Assembly (NCBI RefSeq): GCF_009914755.1
Contig: NC_060937.1
Length of the DNA: 64,000 bases
Strand: one strand, 5' to 3'
Origin: the human T2T-CHM13v2.0 reference genome, Homo sapiens
Part shown: piece after piece, positions 54,321 through 64,000 of the stretch
How the letters are laid out: each line of letters begins with the position of its first letter
Numbering within the stretch: position 1 is the stretch's first letter
Made by a program: the position numbers and the translations under genes
Notes under the pieces: generated by a model
Seen by the model: only the letters and a program-made list of their open reading frames with translations
The model's database searches: none
Told to the model about the DNA's origin: nothing

Positions 54321-55138
54321 CAGTAGAGAGGTTAAATAACCTCAAGTTACACTGCTAGTAACTGACAGAGCTGAGACTGAAGACTCAACTTTGTTGTTTC
54401 TGCTCTACCATACTACCCTTTACTCTAAATGATATGCAGAAACAAACAGTAAACATTTTGAACATTTATATTCTTAAGTTACATATTTTATGTCAAATAT
54501 TATAGGTTTCATTACCAAAAAAGTTATTAGTTACTAAGATAAAAATATAGTTATTGAAACATTATGTTTACTTTGGATATGTAAACATTGATTAAAATAT
54601 TAATGATAGCAACTAACATTTATTGAGTGCTTACTAATATGCCAGATGTTATTCCAAGTGCTTTAGAAAGATATTTATGCTTCACAATTATCCCAAGATC
54701 ATAAATGCAACAAGTGCTAAAGCCGGTATTTAAACTCAGAGAATCTAACTTTAAAGCTTATATTCCTAATCAGTACATTATATAAAGCTATTTTTGTAAT
54801 ATTCTTTACATTAAGAAATTTTAAAAAAGTAACTACATTATTTAGATATAGGTTTTCCCCTAAATTACGAATACACTTAATAATGTACGATGCAGAGTTA
54901 GACATTCAGTGAATTAACAAGCAACATATTGAGATACAGCTTTCTCTAGACAGTCTTTCAGCTACAAATTGGATGTTCAATTTTAATATCCCAGTCTTTA
55001 TAACAATTATCAATTAGCAAATTTTAAAACAAGGATGCTTTGTAGAAAGCTAGCACAATCAGCTAGCTTTATTTTAAAATCATGAACTATCAAGAAAATT
55101 GTAGGAAATTTGCCATTGCTACTTTAACAAGAATTATG

Positions 55139-55446
<308 letters not shown>

Positions 55447-55633
55447 TTATGAAACAAGATCTACAAAAATTGGCTGACCCTGAACATAGACAGGATATTA
55501 TTTGAATAGCTTAAAACGCCCACATTCTACAGACTGGTCAATTAAGTTAAAGGACATGCAGAAAGATGCTGGACTTGGAATATGCCATTGGGAAAAATCC
55601 AAACGTACACCAAGAAGTAATTATTCTGACCTA

Positions 55634-55649
55634 ACAGTAGATGGCGCTA
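55634..55649 (+). promoter_or_regulatory. CTCF-like motif
   Basis: ACAGTAGATGGCGCTA with a retained CpG. Confidence 0.55.
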
Positions 55650-58600
55650 ATACAACGTATCCTTTTCATTAAAAAATGGTCCATTTAGCCTTCTAGATTA
55701 TTTTTATGAATGCAACCAGGGCTCTTAAATTAGGTACAATTTGATTCATATAATTTCATTTCTAACCTAATTTTGCTTAAGCTGAACACATAGGTATCTT
55801 ATACACGAATCTTGGCCCTTTTTAAAAGCATTACTTAAACATAGATTAAAAAGCTACAAAATTTGCTAACAAATAAAACAGACATACATACTATCACAAA
55901 GTTTGAAACTGAAAAAAGTAGGAACAGGTTTTAAAAAACCCTCAAAACAAATAGTATCTGAACGTTTTGAGGTTTGAGTAGCCTAAGAGTTTGAAATTAT
56001 GCCTACAGTTCAACTATGGGAATGCTAAAAAAAATCCCTCAAAAATCTCTAGTCTCTACAGTAACAAGATTTCCATTTCTTACTGTAAAACCCTTTAAGG
56101 CTATGAAGAATATACTAATTTCTTGTTGACAAGCAAGGGAACACAGTCCTTCCTCCCTTCCCATACTAGCCCATCCTATATACTTTATAAATAATAGTGC
56201 TTCTCAATTCAGAGGTAAATAATGTCTCTGAATGTGAGCACAGAAACATACGTTACTTTAATTAGTCTGGAAGCGGAAAAATGCATAGCTGTGTATTATT
56301 ATCATGTTAGTCTAGAATGGGAGATGCGGTTGGAGAAGGCAGGAAATGATGGAAATTGTTAAAGGTACAACTAATATTCATGATAAACATATTTAACAAT
56401 TTATGGCCCAACGCAAACCCTAGAAGTAAATCTAAGTATAGGCCACACCACAGAATAATAGTACATATGCAGCACCACAGAATAATAGTACAGCAGTATC
56501 ATTAGCTGATGGGCTCTTTCCCACATCGAACCTCAAGCCACACAGGTGGGTATCCCTTCTGCTTACTGGGCTGCATATAAAGGACTGATTACCAGAAGAT
56601 ATTTTAACTGATAACACTGGAATTGTAGAAAATACATGAGCATCTGTGTTTTGACTCCTAGTCCCAACACTTGTATACTATAACTCAGGAAGTCACTTAA
56701 CTTTCAAATTCGATTTCCTCATTTACAAAATGAAAGTAAAGTGGGATTATATGTAGTGAGAACTGAAAAAGAATAGATATGTAGAGTATGTAAGATGAGT
56801 AGTACATAAAGAGTCAATAAATATTGGAGTCCATCCTCTTTCTTTTACCATATTATAGAAGCAATAAGGAGCAGGCAGCAATAATAGTACATATCCACTT
56901 AAGCTGACTCCAATCAAGACAATAGTTAGAAAATAAGAGTTTTAAAGAATAGAATGCATGCTGCCCCCCATCACCAAGAACTAATAAAGTACAAGTTTTC
57001 TGAAAAATGAGTGCTTAGTATAAGTAAATGAAACTCAAAGCCATAAGCAATAGGCCCTATAAATAGTGACTCCAGCTATGAATCTAAAAGCAATCACCAA
57101 GATATATATATGGAAAGTTCTTTTAGTCATATTTCAGTCTTTAATTGTATAGCAATTCTTTCAGTATAACACAAACTTTGTACAAGGTTATTAAAAGTGT
57201 TTTTAGTAAGATTTTTAAATTAATCCCATACATAACAAATATTAGACCTCTAGATTACCTTTCTAATTAGAAAGACATTTCAAAAATGTCCTACTAGTTC
57301 AGAGAGAACAGATGCCTAGAATAACCTGGAAATGGGTACTCAGATATTTGTAGAACTAGAATAAAATAAAGGCATTTTTCAGATAAGCATAAAAGTTTAC
57401 CACCATTTGACATTCACTAAAGGAATTCACAAAAAATATTATTTAGGAAGAAGAAAAATACTCCATTAGAAAGGTCTGAGTTACAAGAAAGAACAGTAGG
57501 CAAAGAAACTGGTAAACCTGTGGGCCAATCTAAACAAACATTACCTATATAAAATACTGTCAAATTTGTAGAATTATTTAAAGTTAAAATTATGGATAAG
57601 AGTATCAAATAAATTGTAGGTAGTAGGGGAAGGTTAGGGTAATTAGTGTTAAACTGTTGTAAGGCTTCTGTATTTTTTCAAGGGGGATGGGTTTTTAAAT
57701 ATGGAATAATTTTAGATTTTGTTAGATGGATTAGACAAAAGTATAAACTAAAGGAACATTAATACATAGCTCCCCAACCAGAAAAGGCGAAAAAGAAAAT
57801 GTAAATAATCCAAAGCAAAAATCTTAATCTAAAAAAATAAGGCAAGAATGGAGGGCAAAGCATAGAAAAAGCAGGACAAACAGAAGAACAGGGATGGAAT
57901 AAAGAAATTCAGATCCATAATCACAATAAATATAAACAGACAAGACTCACCAAAGATTTTAAATGTCACCCCCACAAAAAAACAATCCACTATATGATAT
58001 TTACAAGAAACACACTAAAATATAAGGGCATGCAAATGCTAAAAGATGAAAAGTGGAAGTAGAAAAAGATACCACTGGCAATATTAACCAAAGAAAGGTG
58101 GAATAACCTTGTTAAATAAGACAAAATAAATCTAAGCAAAATGCATCATTAGGGTTAAAGAGAATCGTGACATAACAGGCTTCAATGCACCAGGAAGATA
58201 TAAGAATTCTAAACTTACATGCACTGAATATAGATAAACAGACAAAGAAAAATTTGCTAGAACTCTAAGGAAGTATCAAATAATCTCTATATTACTGTTA
58301 GGTCTAGCAGATAAAATTAGTTAAGATACTAAAGATCTAATTAAAGCAATTTAAAAACTTGACTGAATGGACACATAGAGAATCCTCAGCCTCAAAATTA
58401 AAGAATTACAGGCATACATGGACAATCTATATAAACTGTTGATGTGCTAAACCATACAGCAAGACCAAATACATTTAAAAGAATCAGTTCATACAACCAC
58501 GTTTGCTGAACACTATGCAATTAATTAATGTGTAATTCACTAACAAAATGACAAAGCATAAAAGCACCCACACTGGATAATTTCAAAACACTTTAAATAA

Positions 58601-58935
58601 TATGTGGATCAAAAAATAAATCTTAATAGAAACTTAAGACACTTAGAATGAAAAAGAAATGCAGATTTCTAAAATATGCTATGAAGTAGTCAGAAGGAAT
58701 TGTATAGCTTAAATGCTTATATTATTGTAAATGCTTACAATAAGGTAGAGGATTATAAACTTAGGAAATGTAAAAAAAAAATACCTATAAGGTTTTAAAT
58801 GCAAAGTTTCTACCATCTACCAAACTGCCAAGTAACAGAAGATGAAACTCTTGTATAAAAACTTTTCTAGAGATTTTACATATATATAAAATTATTTACT
58901 CTCCAGCTTATTTTAAGAGGCTAGTAAAACCTTTA

Positions 58936-59316
<381 letters not shown>

Positions 59317-59532
59317 TTATGAACAATGTAAAAATTCTTAAAAACAAAATTAAAACAAATCTAGTAGTGAATAAAGAGGTATCAGGACCAAACTGAGTTT
59401 ATCCCAGCAATACAAGAGTAGCTTACCATTAGAAAATCAAGAAAGATCACTTCAAGAGGTTAAAAAAAAAAGATAAATAAATTTCTTGTTAAGAAGAAAA
59501 CACAGTACACTAAAAGTACAAAAACACTTCTT

Positions 59533-59838
<306 letters not shown>

Positions 59839-61300
59839 TTAATAACATAAAAGATATCTACCAAAATCTACAGAACACATCCTTCTTAATGGTCAAATGT
59901 CAGAAGTATTTGTTTCAAAATGAGTAACAAGTACGTGCAGTATCAGCACTCTACTGGTAACTGAAGTCCTGCATTGTCTAATACAATAGCTACTAGCCAT
60001 ACACACACAGCTATGAGGCCTGGAAATACAGCTAGTCCAAACTGAGATGTGCTGTAAGTGCAAAATACACACCAGCTTTTTAAGATTTAGTACCCCCCCA
60101 AAAGTAAAATATCTCATTAATTTTATAATGATTACATATTGAAATGACAATTTTGAGTTAAATAAAATAAAGCAAATTATTAAAACTAACTTCACCTGTT
60201 TTTTGCTTTTTTTCCACTGTGACTACCAGCCATTTTTAAATTACGCATAAGGCTAACGTTGCATTTCCATTGGATAGTGCTATCCTAATCAGTTAGTAAA
60301 ACAAGAAAAAAGAACAGAACGAACCAATATTGGAAAAGAAAAAACAAAGCTGTCATTATTCTCAGATGCTATGGTTATCTACACAGAAAAACAAAATAAT
60401 ATATAAAGAATCTGTTAGAATCAATAAGAAGGTTTAGCAAAATGGCTAATTGCATTCTGCATATATCAACACTTAGAAAATGTAATTTTCAAAAAGATAC
60501 CATTGACAAAAGAAACAAAAATATAAAACACCTAGAATTTAACAAAGGATACACAGAATTTTATTGAACTATATTAAAGAGACTGAAATAAACAGAGAAA
60601 TTCAATATCGAAAATCCCCAAATTCATCTGTAGATTCAGCAGTATTCTTAAATCCAATGGTATTCACCAAAATCCCAAAAGAGTTTTATGAGGAACCATA
60701 AAATTTGTATGGAAGACCCCACAATAGCCATGGCATCTTAAAGAAGAAGAAAGTGAAGAGACCTTCCCAGATACCAAAACTTTTCAGCAAAGCAATATTC
60801 CATTAAAAGAATAGATTGCAGAAATGAAATTAACCCTAAATATATGGATTTATGACAAAAGCAGCACTGCAAAAAAAGAGAAAGTCTTTTCAAATATTGG
60901 TGCTGAGTCAATTAGGTATCCACATGGGGAAAAAATTACTTTTGAGCCTTACCTCATTTCATGCAAAAAAAAAAAAAAAATCAGAAGAATTATAGCTCTA
61001 ACTGTGAAAGGTAAAACTGTTCCTAGAAGATAAATAGGAGAATATTTTGGGAATAGGCAAAGATTTTTTAAACAGGATACAAAAACATTAACTATAAAGG
61101 AAAAGCTGAACAAAGTAAACTACATCAAAATTAGGAATTTATGATTATTAAAAGACATCAATAAGAGAACAAAAATTTAAGTCACATGGAGAGAAGAGAT
61201 ATTTGTTAAACATCAAAGAGCTCATTTTATAAATATTAAGACAAGTCCTAAAATCAATAATAAAAAAAAAAGACAAATAAACCACTAGAAAAATAGGCAA

Positions 61301-61463
61301 GGCTGAGAACACTGGCTCATGCCTATAATTCCAGCACTTTGGGAGGCCGAGGTGGGAGGATTGTTTCAGGCCAGGAATTCCAGACCAGCCTGGGCAACAT
61401 AGCAAGACCTCATCTCTATAAAGAATTTTAAAAAATAAAAATAAATTACATAAATAAAAAAGA
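61301..61463 (+). mobile_element. Alu monomer (FLAM-like)
   Basis: Single arm; TSD AAAATAGGCAAG. Confidence 0.85.
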
Positions 61464-62372
61464 AAAATAGGCAAGAGACTTTAACAGGCATTTTATAAAA
61501 TAATATATCCAAATAGTCTGTCTGCCTATTGATAGATCTATGCTCAATCTCAACAGCAATAAGGGAAATGCAATTTAAAACCACAATGAGGTACCACTAC
61601 ACACCACCAAGATGGCCAAAATTTCAAAGACTGACAGGGGTTAAACCTAAGAGATGGATGGAATGTGGAACAGCTGGAACATTCACAGACACAGCTAGGA
61701 GTGAAAACAGGTACAACCACTTTGGAAATGTGGCAGTATCTACTCAAGACGAACATACACAAACCTACCAGCAGTTCCATTCCTACAAATATCCCCAACA
61801 GAGATGCAAAGGTGTACTAGCCCCCAGATGGAAAAAACCCAAATATCTATCAACAGAATAGAGAAATAAAATGTGGCATACTTGTACAAATAGTATATAT
61901 CTATGAAAATGAACAAACTTCTATTAAGCTCAACATGAATGAATCTCACATAGTATTGAACACGGAAGATAAGAAACAAAAGAATATATAGTATATAATT
62001 TCATTTATATAAATTTCAAAATGGCCAAAACTAACTGATAGTGTTAGAGGTCTGTAGAGGAGGTATCGCTAGGGAGAAGAATAGTACTTAGCAGGTCATT
62101 TGAGAGAATGCTAAGTTTTTTTTTTTTTTTTCATGTAGATGGAGGTTACATACCCATTACTTTGTAATAATTCATCAAGTGATATGATTTGTACATTTTC
62201 CTCTCTGTATGCTATATTTCAATTTTTAAAAATAATTCTGAATAATTAAAGATATAAATGTTCAACCAAAAAAATCAATATTTTAGAAGAAATTATAGGA
62301 AACTCTCTTGATGACATTGAGGTAATAAAAGATGTCTTAAACCCAAGAATTGCTAACTATAAAGAATATATA

Positions 62373-62695
<323 letters not shown>

Positions 62696-62774
62696 TATAT
62701 ATATACATATATATGTATATATTCATAAATTTGACTACATTAAAGTTAAGAACTTCTGTTCAAAGGATATCACA

Positions 62775-62945
62775 ATTAGCCAGGCCTGGTGGCACATGCC
62801 TGTGGTCCCAGCCACTTGGGAGGCTGAGGCACGAAGAATCATTTGAACTCAGGAGGCAGAGGTTGCAGTGAGCCAAGATGGTGCCACTGCACTCCAGCCT
62901 GGGCGACAGAGCAAGACTCCGTCTCAAAAAAACAAAACTAACAAA
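62775..62945 (+). mobile_element. Alu right-arm fragment
   Basis: Begins at AATTAGCCAGGC and ends in an A tail. Confidence 0.9.
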
Positions 62946-63030
62946 GGACATCACAGAGAATGTGAAAAGGCATACCACAAATGAGGCAATAATGTCGACA
63001 ATATATGTAACCTGAAGATTAGTATCCAGA

Positions 63031-63446
<416 letters not shown>

Positions 63447-63867
63447 TTAACAGATATAAATAACATGCTTAGCTTGAAATTAAAACCACAATGAACTAAT
63501 ATTTACAAGCATTATATCAGCAAAATTGAAGCAGCCCGACAATATCAAATGTTAGGAAAACAATAATCAGTGGGGTTTTTTATGTATTGATGGTAGGAAA
63601 GCAAAGTGGAACAATCATTGTAGAAAACAATGCGATATCATCTTGTAAAGCTGAACATGTATATCTTCCGTGATTCAGTTATTTCATTTCAGTGGAAACA
63701 CTATACATATCTTCTTAAGCACACACATAAAAATGTTCATACTAGCATTGTTCATCTTCACAAAACATAAAAACTGGAAACAACCCTAAATGCCCATCAA
63801 GTAGAGAGCAGATCAATTGTGGTACATTCACGTCTAAGTTTCATTCATTCATGAAATGAACAACATA

Positions 63868-64000
63868 CAGATGCTCCTTAATCTACAATGGGGTTACATT
63901 CTTATAAACCCATCATATGTTAAAAATACTGTCAGTCAAAAATACAGTTAAATAGCTAGCTTACTGAACATCATAGCTTAGCCTAGCCTACCTTAAATGT
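63868..64000. mobile_element. MER47-like Tigger MITE (runs off the window)
   Basis: CAGATGCTCCTT...ATGGGGTTACA...CATCATAGCTTAGCCTAGCCTACCTTAAA. Confidence 0.8.

Overview
Human (primate) genomic DNA containing the 3' end of TSC22D1 (TGF-beta-stimulated clone 22) on the minus strand. The complete 144-aa short isoform reads across three exons (CDS 8388-8264, 7855-7804, 6643-6386), with a CpG-island CCAAT/TATA-like promoter and a 3' UTR with two AATAAA signals. The remaining ~55 kb (from ~8.9 kb on) is upstream of that promoter; from known gene structure it lies in the first intron of the long isoform, whose large first exon is not in the window. It is mostly Alu, L1, L2, MIR, LTR and DNA-transposon remnants, and nearly all ORFs in the supplied track are repeat-derived or chance. 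I found no evidence of a wholly new class of system. The most interesting signals are several candidate alternative TSC22D1 first exons: a strong-Kozak, in-phase coding exon at 23640-23573 giving a 125-aa protein, a sense-oriented LTR12 with a disabled polyA signal followed by a splice donor, an AP-1/TATA exon near 46 kb, and an internal promoter in intron 2. There is also a CDK2AP1 processed pseudogene inserted into a MIR, head-to-head with the 23.6-kb exon. Some of these may already be annotated; I could not check databases. Gene and repeat identities come from recalled sequences, and repeat boundaries are approximate unless TSDs are quoted.
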